64,000 nucleotides of DNA from Nemertoderma westbladi (GCA_032718475.1 JAUCBJ010001004.1:1-64000), one strand, 5' to 3'; positions 1-11,681 are shown, counted from the first letter of the stretch. Made by a program: numbers and translations. The notes: generated by a model from the letters alone, not told the origin.

Positions 1-566
1 TGACTGCTCGATGCCTCCGATTAAGGGTCTAAGACCTTCAAGCTGATTATTTGCTTAGTTCTCTAATTGGAGGGATATGAGTTTGCACGCTAGAAGAGCT
101 TTATTCTTTTTCCTAGCTCTTGGTTAACTCTAGCATACACTCTAGCTTTGACTCCCCCGGCTATAGTGATAGTATGCAACCTTGGGAGTTAATGTGAGTA
201 AAGACCAAGAGATTAGACTTCAGGCTCCCTCTATTGGTTCATTCTTCTTAACTTTATAAAATAACTCAACCCGTATTTAAAGTTTTAAAAATTATGACTT
301 AGTCGACTAATTTTCCAAAGTATATTATAAAAACATATAATTTCTTGAATAGATAGACCTAATAGTAATAAATAATGTGGGGGTAAATACATTTATAATT
401 AAGGTAACTGTAGCTCGAGACTGGGGCAATCAAGTGTTCTAACTAAGGTTCTATAGCAACTCCGATAGGCAATGATCGATAATGGTGGGGTCCCTGAGAG
501 TAGATAGAGTGTATTATTCTCCAAATAGTTCCCAGGAAGTAAGAGGCCACGTTGCACCTTGCGGTG

Positions 567-1506
567 CTAGGCGTCGAGTTTGTCGATATCCTTTCGGCGT
601 AGGGATCCAATAGTCAGAGTTAATCTGTAGATTATGACAGGGACGGCGAGTGTGTTCCACATCTTAAAGATGGTCTCTAGGTTGAGCCACCTTGCTGTCC
701 ATCCTTTGGTATGGAAAACTTGCGACATCATGGCTATTGTCTGGATAACATTGTGGAGGTTGCTAGCGGGGTTAGAATTTCCCAGTTTGTGTCCGAGGAA
801 TTTCAGATGGTTCGACATAGGCAAATACTGTAAGGAGTAACTGTAAGGGACAACTGCGCTCCCAATCTCGCTCGCCGGCCGGTCCTCACGCAAATTTAGC
901 CTATGAGAAAATAAATAATTTATTTTATAATTAAATAATAATTTATTATTTAAGTAATTGCTTTATAGCCATCTTGGTAATTCTTATAACGTTAAAATTA
1001 TTGTAATTACTCAAATTAATTTCTATTCAAACTGCATATTGCTTTAACCTATTTTATTATATCATATTATATAAAGGAATGTTAGTATTAATTAAAACTT
1101 ACACCATGGTTCCTCCCTAAAATCCTCTGTTTCCTCCCAGTTTTCCTGGGGGAAAAGGGTGAAGGAAACGCTGTTCCTCAGCCGCTGCTATCTCTTTCAG
1201 AACATATTCCTGGTACAAATACTGGTCGTACCAGTTGGAGGAGGTCCGAAGCCCTTCCACACGCGCTTCCTCCAATGCTCGAATCTCGAGCTCTCGATTA
1301 ACCAAATCCTCCTCCCACGCCATCTCCTCTTCCTGATCCCTCATATAACGGCCATAGGGAGTGGCCGCTTCCGACCTGCTCTCCATGGTCTGTGTACCGA
1401 CGCTTCTGGTCATGGTTGTGTTGATAGCGTTGGAAGCAGTGGTGATGGATGTAGCTGTGGTGGTGATGGAGACCGATGCCACGGGGGCAGCTAGCTGGAC
1501 GGTCAC
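567..1506 (-). pseudogene. Possible two-exon gene remnant of unknown function (Thr-rich then Glu-rich exon ~1104-1506; second exon ~567-900)
   Basis: GC-richer ORFs 1117-1506 and 567-893 flank an AT-rich gap. On the - strand the gap has a GTAAGT donor (~1103) and a TTTTCTCATAG acceptor (901), with TATAAA upstream (~1586-1591). An in-frame TAG precedes the donor. No recognisable domain. Confidence 0.3.
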
Positions 1507-1899
1507 GGCCCTAAACCGATTAGGTTCTCTGTTCGCAGAACACCGAACACTATTCCGGCCACGGAACTAGTCCAGCAGAATGCCTTTATAGAATCCTGGG
1601 ATTTGTGGGACGAGAGGATCTCAGCAACTAAGCGAAAACGAACAATAGGATGTTCCTAGACCCCCCCCCCAAAATTTATCCAGAAGACTTTTCGCCATAC
1701 ATAATGTGTTAAAAAAGTCTACGGTTCTCCGGCTAGGGCCAATTTGAGTCAAAAAGACCGCTTCCCTAGCAACCACGTTGCTATGGAGATAAGTCCAGAA
1801 CCGCTAATGCTACGGACTTGGGACCGGCGCCAATCGATAGGCAGCATATGGGTTTACCTTCAAGAGATTTTTTTTGGAGCGATCAGATCATGATCTTGA

Positions 1900-3485
1900 C
1901 CATGATCAGCAAAGATCAGTTTTGATCAGCAATCGGACACTCAAGGCTTGCTCCAATCGAAAAACTTAACATTACAAAAAGATTCAGCGACCCCACATTA
2001 GTCATGATTCCCGTTAAAAGATTTTAAAAAAAGTGAATTCTTCCCGGTCAAAACGCAAGATCATGATCGCGCAAAGATCGGACTTCGTAAAATCGTAACT
2101 AAGCATTTTGGATATAAACAATTACTGTAGGAAACGTTCAGAACACCGCCCTGAGTCGATTAAAAAAAAAATTGGCTCGATCGGACAACCGGTTCTCGAG
2201 ATCTGATACCTGATCATTAAAGATCAGATTTTTTAGTTTTTTCGGATTTTCTCGAAAACTTTGTTTGAGACCCCCGATTTTTTTTTTACGAATCGACTTC
2301 TATGATGAAGGGGCAACTTTTGAGCATTTCGAAATTTTCAAAAAGCGATTTGATCAGGCCGCGATCAGAAAAGATCGTGTTTTCGGTTTTATTTCGAAGA
2401 CCAAGTCCTGGGAGTTCACCGTATGGAAAAACTTAACATCACAAAAAGATTCCTCACCCTCGAATTATGGGGGGTAGCCAAAATTTGGGCATAAAAAAGT
2501 TCAAGTCTAGTGGGTCAAAACTCAAGATCATGATCGCGAAAAGATCAGTATATTTAAAATCGAATCTAAGCATTTTTCTAATAAACATTCATTGTAAGAA
2601 ATGTGCAATGGTCTATTCTGAGTTGATTAAAAAAAAAATTGGCTCGATCGGGCGACCAGTTCTCGAGATCAGCTTCCTGATCATAAAAGATCGTGTTTTT
2701 CGGTTTTTCCCGATTTTCTCGAAAACTTTGTTTGAGACCCCCGATTTTTTTTTTACTAATCGACTTCTATTAAGAAGGGGCAACTTTTGAGCATTTCAAA
2801 ATTTTCAAAAAGCGATTTGATCAGGCCATGATCAGGAAAGATCATGTTTTCGGTTTTATTTCGAAGACCAAGTCCTGTGAGTTCACCGTATGAAAAAACT
2901 TAACATTACAAAAAGATTCCTCACCCTCGAATTAGGGGGGGTAGCCAAAATTTGACCATAAAAAAGTTCAATTCTAGGGGGTCAAAAGATCATGATCGCA
3001 AAATGATCAGTTTTTTCGTAATTACTTCTGAGCATTTTGGGGCAAAACTTTCAAACTAAAAAACATTCACTGGAGTGTTCTAAGTAGATTAAAAAATATT
3101 TCGACTCAATAGGCCTACCGGTACCGGAGATATGGTCGTCCAAAGTCTGCTTCCGGTAATTCGAAAATATTTCGAAAACCCTTGATCGAATTTTTTCCTT
3201 GAAAATATGTGAATGTACAGTTAGTGGACCCGCATCTAACGATATATCACAATCCATATTTCGGATGACAGGTACCGGTGAAATCAGACTTTACCGAAAA
3301 AAATTCAAATTTTAGCTACTCATGTCTGACTATCTCGAAAACTATAATAGGTATGGAAATACTTTCACTGCAAGAAATGTTCGCCTATCCAATGCGCTTC
3401 TAACTCTGTGCTCGGATTTTGCATAGTGTCAAAACCTACAACTTAACCCCCCCAGCGGAGGGAACGGAGTGACCGGAGCGCCAGT
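1900..3485. repeat. GATC-rich tandemly duplicated block (~467-bp period), possibly a non-autonomous Helitron-like element
   Basis: TCTCGAAAACTTTGTTTGAGACCCCC at 2250 and 2717, and GATCAGGCC at 2352 and 2819, with degenerate flanking copies. The block ends in a GC-rich stretch followed by CCAGT (~3455-3485). Confidence 0.5.
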
Positions 3486-4142
3486 ACTATCTTTCATTAT
3501 TATGAAGTAATAAGGGCGGTGGGTGGGGTAGGTGGTGAACACTATTTATAGGGTGGAGGGAGGGTCTAGTATATATTACTTTAGGATATTTGATTTCTTT
3601 GCAATATAGTTTAGCTGCCTCAGTCTTATTTGTAATATGTTATACATTATACCAAATTATATCAAGTTTTAACATACTACATTGTCTACCTGTAGGAGAA
3701 ATATACAATGTAGGGCTCATAATATATTTATAAATTGATTTAGTATATTTACATTGTATAACAGAGTTAATTGATACTATTACGGTATTATACTAAAGAT
3801 GCCGCTTTGATATATCTGATCAAATGGCAATTTCTTGTATATTATCTATTTCACTATCTTGGGTATATCATTCAATTTCTAAAACTATAATAATAAACAT
3901 TTACTTCACTTCTTGTTTACTCGCATGGATATATTAATATAAAATACGTCAGTATAATATCTTATAGGGCCAAACGCAGATTAATCGGAATAATATGTTT
4001 AATTATTATTACAATTGGCACATTGAAGTAAGTAGTACATGAGTTTGATAAAATAATTATGAATCTGTATCTTATTCTACTTTGTCTATATGATTATGTT
4101 ACTTTATCACTTTGGTTTAAACCGATCTCCTTTACTATCACT

Positions 4143-4197
4143 TACTACTTATACTACTACTACTACTACTATTACTACTACTGCTACTGACTACTAC
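4143..4197. repeat. Imperfect (ACT)n microsatellite
   Basis: Seen directly: tactactactactactattactactactgctactgactact. Confidence 0.85.
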
Positions 4198-4794
4198 AGA
4201 GTTATATATTATAAGAGGATGGGGTTCGTGATTATTAGTTATTATACAAGTGCCCCTCGGCTATAGAGAGTCCACCCTCGGTTGCTTACTGGGTGTTGGA
4301 GGTGGAATCCATGGTATTGATTAATTGGTAAATTAACAAGTTTAAAATTGTAAACGCAAAAGTTTAAAATGTAGAATAAATCACATAAAATTTTTCGAGC
4401 TCAAAACTGATGACGAATGAAGGCCCAACTCGGTTTATATAGCATCAGCGCAGAGGGAGCAACGCAACAGTTTCAACGAGCGGCGGCTTTAATTAAAGGG
4501 CTCCCAGTGATAAGTCGTTAGGAGCCAGTAGTAATTATATATCGGTAATAACTATGGGATATAGCATATGAATGTTAGCCTTATTTGGGCCCTCAAGCTT
4601 ATTAGCAATAGAGATATCTCGCTTACCGGCCGGCCCTCATGCAGATTTAGCGGCACCAAGGCTAACGGGGCACCTCAAAGACAGTCTGGCTATAGTAGAG
4701 TAGAATGGATATACGAGTCCATAGCTAAAATACATCTGCCATGGAGCCTTCGCGTAGCACTATGCTCACCAAATATATTTATAATTCTCTATCC

Positions 4795-6285
4795 GCGAAA
4801 TTTTCAGGAATTTTAAATTTTGGCCGTCGCTTCACGGAAAAAATAAAAAGTAAACACAAAATAGGATATACAGATTGTCATAGATTTGATTCCCTATCTC
4901 GACCAGAGTCATTATGACCCTCCCCCGATATTTATACAATATTTTATAGGCCGGTAGTATTGGGGTTATTATGTGACTCATGAAAATAAATCTTAAATAC
5001 AATACAAATGCTCCATCTGGGTAAAAGTGGATGCAATGTATTTACAAATCGAGTGTGGATCAGGGTAGTTTTCGTTAAGGTTTCACCTTGGTGAAGTGGA
5101 AGCATTGTATTCACATTTCGAGTACCATTTTTATTGAAACTATGGGGCATTTTATATTAGCCGATTTTTCAAAATTTGTAAAGTTTTGAGGGTTTTTATG
5201 AAAAATATAGGGATTTAGGGATTATCATTCAAATTGACTACGAAGAAGGCATAGGGATCATTAATGGTGTGCTGAGACTCAGAAATTTTCAGGAAATTTA
5301 AATTTTTGCCCTCGCTTCGCGGCATTATGACCCTCCCCCCCCCCCCCCCCCCCCCGATATTTATACAACATTTTATAGCCCGGTAGTATTATGATTAAAG
5401 CTACTAAACTAAAACATAACAAAGTGCAATTATCCTATCTGTTCCAACTCGGTGTCACTAGTTTAGATAATATACTATAATAATAGTGATAGCAGATGCT
5501 TTTAATTTCGCGATGAAATAATGTCAGCAAACGAAATATAGTGAATACATCATAGATAGAATTTTAAATTTTGCAGTTGCATGGAGTGATAACCCTTAGG
5601 TGAAAGCTAAATTTGCTCTACTTTAATCAAATGGGGCATTAAAGCTACGAGTATATTTTCCTCTACATCCTCCCTCGATCTTACACAAATCTGGGCAAAA
5701 GGCAGTTGAAGGGCTATCATTCCCAACATATGCGGTCCTCCCTTTAATGTTTCATTGTTCTATTCATAGTCGCCTTTAAGAATTTCTCGGGAAAATAAGG
5801 ATGAGGGGCTATCACTTTCAACCCCATGCGGCCCTCCCTTTCATGATTTCATTGAACTATCCATAGTACGAACAATCAAACCAAAGCCTTTGAATATCCT
5901 CGCGGCTTATCAGCGGCGCCATGGCTAACGGCTTAATATTAACAGTGAAGCATCTAAAAGACAGAGTGTCTATGATAGGACAGAACAGCGTACTTACAGC
6001 CTAGAGGTGGTCGCCCTGAAAACTTTGCTCGCCATCAATACATACAAAGCATCGCTTGATGGATAGAGTAATAGGGTGGATATTTTCATTTTGGTGAATA
6101 TAATTTATAGCATTAATCACGAAAATCGCTAAATAATATATTTTAATTAAAATCAGCTCTGATAAACAACTTGCATATCGAGTTTGTAAAGAATTCATAG
6201 GGATTGGCTGTTTATTTAGGGGTTAACATTCAAATTGATTACGAAGAAGCAGTAGGGGTCATTAATGGTATGCTGAGACTCACTT
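4795..6285. repeat. Degenerate dispersed direct repeats
   Basis: GAAA(A)TTTTCAGGAA..TTTAAATTTT and CATTATGACCC...CCCGATATTTATACAA at ~4797-4960 and ~5282-5390; CATTCAAATTGA.TACGAAGAAG...TGCTGAGACTCA at ~5226-5281 and ~6227-6282. Confidence 0.6.
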
Positions 6286-6537
6286 ACTTCATGGCTCGCT
6301 CTCATAGAATAGATTAACTAGTAGAGAAAAATGAAAAATAAGTGGTTAAACATCTTATATTTTTTAAACAATATGGGGAAACAAGAATAAATAATTTACC
6401 GACAACATCAATATTAAATAATATAACAACAACAGATAAATAATTTACCAACAACATTGAAAATAAATAATATAAGAACATCAACAATAACAAAAGATAT
6501 AGTGAGAACAGTTTTTATTAAATAGAGACTGTTTATA

Positions 6538-8250
6538 TTAATAGGGTTGCTGGCCTCCGAGAATAACTGGTTTAACCCTTTTAGGGTCCGATACTATTAA
6601 TGGTTGCGTTAATTTTCTCTTTGATAGTTTGTTGAGATAACCTTTTCTTGGGGGGTGAAATAGATTAAGGTGTGTTTGCTGCGGGAGAAATATGCCTTCT
6701 CTGAGAGAACGTTTTAGTAATTCGAAAAGGCGCGCGATGGTAAAGTCGTTGGATAGGGTGATAGTGTTGGTATTTTTCGTATTGGTGAATATAATTTCTG
6801 CTGGTTTGTTCTCGATATGAATGTAAGGACTGAGATAGTAGTGAGAGTTGGGTGGGTTGGTTATATTTATCGCGAGAAAATCGCTGCCCCTAATATTGAG
6901 ACCGTTGGTGAACTGAAAAGTGGTATTCTCTTCGTCTTTCATTAAAATGGGCCAGATACCAACATATTTTTCGGATTTGAACTTATAGATAAAGGCTGCG
7001 ATACTGCTATTTATGAGATAGCGTTGGTGATTGGGGATCGTAATCTGCTTTGGTTTGAAAGCAAATTGTATAGCCATAGCCTTGAATCTGATTAGAGCCT
7101 CGCGCGCTTGAATCGTGTTAGCTATAGTAAAGGATTCGTTAAATTTTCTCTCGGTTATCTGTAAATCAATTTCTGAATCACTGATACAACTTTGTATCGA
7201 TATTCGCTCGGAAATGTTGTCTTTGTATACGTTAAGTTCATCGTAGCAGACACATTCACTATCCTCGATGGTTGAATCGAACCATTTCAATTCGCCGACC
7301 TCGGTTGGTGTAAGAAGAATCATGCCCCTAGAAGAAACAATAGCCTTTCCATCGTCAACCTCGTAGCCATTGGTGATCGCTAAATTGCGCTCGTTCCGAA
7401 TATTTGTAGCAAACCCAAAAGTGCAATAGTCAAAAGCAACCCAATTGCCCGGTTTTAGGACAAGGTGAGTAGTAGGATTAATAAAAGGGCGACAGATGTT
7501 TACATATTGTTGAAATAAATTGGCGCAGGCGACGGAAAATGTAATCCATGAACTGTTTACAGTGTCTTCCAGCTTTATTAACTCGAGTGGTTTCACTGGG
7601 TTAATACTTCCATAGGTGCCAACTCTATAATTGAATCCAAAGTAATAGGAGACTTTATTGGCGAAAAAGCATGTGAGCTCATTCAATTTCTCGCCGAAAG
7701 CGAGAACATCCTTGTCGAAAAGTTTAAAGAAACGAGTCTCCTCTTCCTCGGTCGGAGTCGACGAGTTCCAGATGAGAAGAAGAATCGAGTTTGCGATACT
7801 ATGAAAATCAAATAAGCGATCATCGGAGAAGAAGGAGGTTACGAGAGTGGTTAAACCCAGTAGACGATTTGCCACATCTTGGTTGATGTTTTCTCGAATA
7901 AAATCGACTATACTAGTTGGAATCGTAAACGTTTCGGGCGAAGTAGTTAGATTGAACGTTATTTTGTTGTCCCTTTTTAAAAGTTTGAAACCGTGGTTGG
8001 AGGAATGAAGTTTGTTATCATCGAGGGTTTGATATTGTCCATCGTGAAGTTCGTAGCAGGCGCGGAAAATAAAGTGCGCGTAGTTTGCCGGAATCGGGAT
8101 GGGTTGGTTTAAGGTTGTATTTATCGTTAACGGGAAGAGTTTGTTCGCCGGATCGAAATATAGACCAAACGAGTTGTCTTGTAGCATAAACTGATTTTCG
8201 TTGCAAACCAGATCGTTGCTTGAATAGCTGATTTCTGAATGTGCCATCAT
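6538..8250 (-). CDS. Polinton-type protein with PC4-like (ssDNA-binding/coactivator p15) motif(s), 570 aa; homologous to 53424-54467
   Basis: Intact ORF. AAFIYKFKSEKYVGIW...NGLNIRGSDF aligns with VGFVSKYKGTTYMGLW...NGFNLTASEV in the 53424 ORF and resembles the PC4 pattern (F/Y)KG..Y..I.....G.(S/N)L. Basic NLS-like C-terminus; AATAAA on the - strand at ~6514. Confidence 0.55.
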   Translation of the reverse strand: MMAHSEISYSSNDLVCNENQFMLQDNSFGLYFDPANKLFPLTINTTLNQPIPIPANYAHFIFRACYELHDGQYQTLDDNKLHSSNHGFKLLKRDNKITFNLTTSPETFTIPTSIVDFIRENINQDVANRLLGLTTLVTSFFSDDRLFDFHSIANSILLLIWNSSTPTEEEETRFFKLFDKDVLAFGEKLNELTCFFANKVSYYFGFNYRVGTYGSINPVKPLELIKLEDTVNSSWITFSVACANLFQQYVNICRPFINPTTHLVLKPGNWVAFDYCTFGFATNIRNERNLAITNGYEVDDGKAIVSSRGMILLTPTEVGELKWFDSTIEDSECVCYDELNVYKDNISERISIQSCISDSEIDLQITERKFNESFTIANTIQAREALIRFKAMAIQFAFKPKQITIPNHQRYLINSSIAAFIYKFKSEKYVGIWPILMKDEENTTFQFTNGLNIRGSDFLAINITNPPNSHYYLSPYIHIENKPAEIIFTNTKNTNTITLSNDFTIARLFELLKRSLREGIFLPQQTHLNLFHPPRKGYLNKLSKRKLTQPLIVSDPKRVKPVILGGQQPY

Positions 8251-8359
8251 GATTGTGTACCGGTAACTCGTTTAGGAAATAAAAATAAATAAATACTTTT
8301 ACGAAAATAATTAAAACTTTTCAGGAAAACAAAGAGACAATGATTGGGAATGTGGTGAA

Positions 8360-8470
8360 CGGGGGCTATTATAGAGGGGGCTAGAATGGGTTAGCCAATC
8401 ATGGAACAGGAGAGAGAAAAGACTGTATAATTAAACCAATCAGAGAGCAGCTTTGATGACATCACATCAG
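8360..8470 (-). promoter_or_regulatory. Pol II-type promoter of the 6538-8250 gene
   Basis: TATAATAG on the - strand (~8366-8373), CCAAT boxes at ~8395 and ~8437, and ATF/CRE-like TGATGACATCA at ~8454. Confidence 0.4.
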
Positions 8471-9201
8471 GCGAGATAATGATTGCCCAATGTTATTCAA
8501 TGGTAGACAGAGTGGCGCCATTGAATAACGAAGACAAAGGGGCCGCGAGAGGAAAGATTATAAAGTTAACGATAAGGGAACTATAAACCATAGAGCTAAA
8601 AATAGACATTATGTCATAGTGATCTCATTGGTAATATAAAAACTAATTAATCTAAAAATAGAAATCAATGTATAAAATAAAAGTAATACAATTAATTAAT
8701 TTAAAATAAAGTACAAATGAATAAATAAAGTCAAATAGAATACAAATAATTAATTAAAATTAGGTACAAATAAATAGTTAAATTGAAAATAACAAAGTTA
8801 GAGAAGATGTTAATTTTCAGATAATACGCCCTCTAGCGGCAGACTATGGAACTGCAGGCGGTTGGATATAGGTAAGAGTAATTAGTAATCAGAGCTGTCA
8901 CGGGGTGGGGGCAGGGGCGCTTGGATACAACTATCATTAATATGCTGTTGCTTGGTTAAAGCTAATTGGGGGGTCAAAGGTCAAAGGTCAACGATAAAGC
9001 TGTCTGGATATAGATAAGAGTAATTAGTTACCAGTAAGGGAGCTGTATACCCATAAAGTACAAATGAATAATTAATATAAAATAAAGTACAAATGAATAA
9101 ATAAAGTAAAATAGAATACAAATAATTAATTAAAATTAAATATAAATAAATAAGTATTAATGAATAAAAGGGCTGAGGTGTCACTTATGACACCCTCTTG
9201 A

Positions 9202-9497
9202 GCCGGCTCTGCGACAGTTAGACCTCACTGATGACCCATTGTGTGTCAGGGCGCTAATCAGTCTGATTAATTAGGATAATCAATTAAACCCTAATTAGGA
9301 GTCATATGACACCTGTTAGGGTTTAATTGTACTAATTAATTGATGACACCTGTCAATTAGGGTCTAATTAGCCTAATTGGGAGGTGTCACCCAGACAGTC
9401 TGGCGCCAATGACACCCAATGACACCCATAGGGTGATAATTGGGTGTCATATGACACCCAATGGGTGTCAGTGAGGTCTAACTGTCGCAGAGCCGGC
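9202..9497. repeat. ~300-bp subterminal inverted repeat with 30-bp perfect arms
   Basis: GCCGGCTCTGCGACAGTTAGACCTCACTGA (9202-9231) is the exact reverse complement of 9468-9497. The interior is packed with TGACACC/GGTGTCA and TAATTAG motifs. Confidence 0.9.
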
Positions 9498-9511
9498 CAA
9501 GACCCTACTAC

Positions 9512-10279
9512 TTTGGTCCAAACGCTAAAATTGGGCTTGCCGAGCTACAATACCAAGCAACATACAGTAATATTACACTGCAAACTCAAATCTCACTGTC
9601 AATCGGGGTAGATGCAAAAGATGCCAAATTATATAGTTTATTTCCTGGTATGCATAGCTCTATTCAAGTGATTATTGATGATATAAATAAACTGTTTAAT
9701 TCTGAAGCGAAATATAGAGATTTCGAATTCATTTTTAATACAAATAATTCTAGAATTAAATTTAAATTTCCTAAAAAGTTGAAAAAAATACAATTAAGTC
9801 TACGTGGTGATTTAATACAAATTCTAGGCTTAAAACCGTTATTGGATCGGAATCATCCAGGTATTCCGAATTGGGATATATACAGTACCACTACAGTAGA
9901 TGAATTAAGCAATATAGAACAGCCGATATTAATTTTAAATTATAGCGGACCAAAAATTTCGGAAATTGGCATTTTAGATTTTCCAGCTCCCACGAATATA
10001 ACACGTAATAAAGACACTATCTTTATATATACAGATATTATTAAGAGCTCATTTGTTGGTGACGCTTTAGCACCGCTCTTAAGAACCTGCCCTTTAACGC
10101 AATTAAATCGAAAATATATTAATCACGAATACGAGAGCATTTGCTATTACCCGTTATTGAATAAAAAACTAAAAACAATCTTAATTACTTTACGTGACGG
10201 ACAAGGCGAATTAATTAATTTTAGCGGAGGTCGCACTGTTATAACACTTAAGTTAATACGGGGTGGCAGTGATGGATGA
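9512..10279 (+). pseudogene. Minor capsid (penton, single jelly-roll) paralog 1, 5'-truncated
   Basis: The frame is open upstream of Met9650 (FGPNAKIGLAELQYQATYSNI...FPGMHSSIQVIIDDIN) to the 9512 junction. C-terminal IFIYTDIIKSSFVGDALAPLLR...YYPL...ITLRDGQGELINFSGGRTVITL is the typical Polinton penton signature. The N-terminal LPSNS motif is absent. Confidence 0.8.
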
Positions 10280-11117
10280 ATTCTACGTAAGACTACCAAG
10301 TAACTCCTGTCCAATTGATTTTCCCCGCAATAGCGCTAGTAATTATCAGATCAATTTCCATGGCGCCTTACCTATAAACCCAAACGAAAACTGGGTGGTA
10401 GGTATAAAAAGTATATTTTACTTAGCTACGTTGCGGTCCATGTATAACAATGTAGAGAATGTTATTTTATTAAAAAAAGGAAAAAAAAATTTTGAGGATA
10501 CACTTCCATCCGGTTTGTTCTACAGTATCAATGACATTATAGATTATTTTAACACGGGGGCGTTGAAAGATAAATTACAAATAGTTGAAAATACTCAGCA
10601 AAATAGGTTGCAATTTATTTTAGGGAAAACTGTGCGAGAGTTATTTATAGGTCAACAATTAGCCTATTATTTTGGAATTACTGAAAATAATCTCGGAGCG
10701 AATTTAAATCCAAATTTTAAAATTATTTTGAAGACGAAAAATAATATAAAGGGTTATTTAATAAAGGTTATCGGAAATGGAGAAAAAGCTTACCAGATGG
10801 TATTTTTATGCCCTCAACCACCCAATTCTATTCCAGAACCTAAGTCGAACATGTACGTGACTACTAATATAATTGAAAATCAATATATTAATGACTTTGG
10901 TTTAGCTTTACTTCGTCGTGTTGCGATACCTGATGACGTGAAATATGGTAGCGTAATAAATAAAGAATTTGTCAAGGATACAATTCATTATATCCCTGTA
11001 AAAAAATCATATAAGATAACATACATTCATATTGAAATAACAGACAAAGAAGGAAAAGATTTGAATTTTGAATACGGGACAACATCTATTATATTACACT
11101 TTAAACGAATAAATTAA
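10272..11117 (+). CDS. Minor capsid (penton) paralog 2
   Basis: MDEFYVRLPSNS...FPRNSASNY...WVVGIKSI N-terminus and MYVTTNIIENQYINDFGLALLRRV...HYIPV...IEITDKEGKDLNFEYGTTSIILHFKR C-terminus. Confidence 0.85.
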   Translation: MDEFYVRLPSNSCPIDFPRNSASNYQINFHGALPINPNENWVVGIKSIFYLATLRSMYNNVENVILLKKGKKNFEDTLPSGLFYSINDIIDYFNTGALKDKLQIVENTQQNRLQFILGKTVRELFIGQQLAYYFGITENNLGANLNPNFKIILKTKNNIKGYLIKVIGNGEKAYQMVFLCPQPPNSIPEPKSNMYVTTNIIENQYINDFGLALLRRVAIPDDVKYGSVINKEFVKDTIHYIPVKKSYKITYIHIEITDKEGKDLNFEYGTTSIILHFKRIN

Positions 11118-11118
11118 A

Positions 11119-11679
11119 ATGGATTCTGATTTATTTCAAAGATACAGTAAACCTCAATATGGTGGTGCAGACTCGAATCTTGCTGTTTTTAAAGGTGGTA
11201 GAAGTACGAGAGGCTCGACGCAAGTTCCTGTTTTTCGAGGTGGTTCATATATTGACCCTTACGGTCAACAAATTGGCGCATTTGGTCCAAACTTAAAACA
11301 ACGTCGTTTTCAGCGTTATCCTAGAGGTATGAGGGCAAATCAACATGGAGAAGGTATATTTACAGACGCTTTATTGACATTGAAAAAATTTGGTAAGCCA
11401 TTAGCTAAAAAAGTTTTACAAAAAGCTTTACCATTTACCACAAAATTTATGAGACAACACGTAATACCAAAAGGTAAGCGGGTCTTACATCAGCAGGCTA
11501 ATACGGTTATTAATAAAGCATTAAATAAAATGAAACCGTCAACAAGGTCAGTTGTAGAAAAAGTTTATAGAGATTTAAAGCGACCCGCTAGACCAATGTC
11601 TATGAACATACATCATCGACGTAGTAAAAAGAGAAATATAAAAGGCAAACTGAAACACTGCGAAAAAAGTATTTTTTAA
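11119..11679 (+). CDS. Basic core/DNA-condensing protein (pVII/pX-like) with adenain cleavage-type motifs
   Basis: Arg/Lys-rich 186 aa between the penton and major capsid genes; QYGGA, QIGAFG and QHGEGIF motifs followed by an amphipathic helix. Confidence 0.65.
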   Translation: MDSDLFQRYSKPQYGGADSNLAVFKGGRSTRGSTQVPVFRGGSYIDPYGQQIGAFGPNLKQRRFQRYPRGMRANQHGEGIFTDALLTLKKFGKPLAKKVLQKALPFTTKFMRQHVIPKGKRVLHQQANTVINKALNKMKPSTRSVVEKVYRDLKRPARPMSMNIHHRRSKKRNIKGKLKHCEKSIF

Positions 11680-11681
11680 TA

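Larger units (their letters stand above)
6500..9512 (-). mobile_element. Terminal remnant of a second Polinton-like element ending in ...TACTACT
   Basis: Same layout as the main element's end: a PC4-like gene on the - strand, a shared CGCC(C)TCTAGCGG.AGA...GGAACT motif and an ACTACT terminus (AGTAGT on the other strand, typical of Polintons). The junction truncates a minor-capsid ORF. The left boundary is not defined. Confidence 0.5.

Noticed and set aside
3567-3580. TAGTATATATTACT, a 14-nt reverse complement of the Polinton right end (55397-55410), as the left TIR
   Set aside because: The match does not extend inward, lacks the AGTAGT start, is AT-rich, and has no GACATA target duplication beside it
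4527-4545. AGTAGTAATT... as the left end of the second Polinton-like element
   Set aside because: Only 7 nt match the 9512 terminus and there is no TSD
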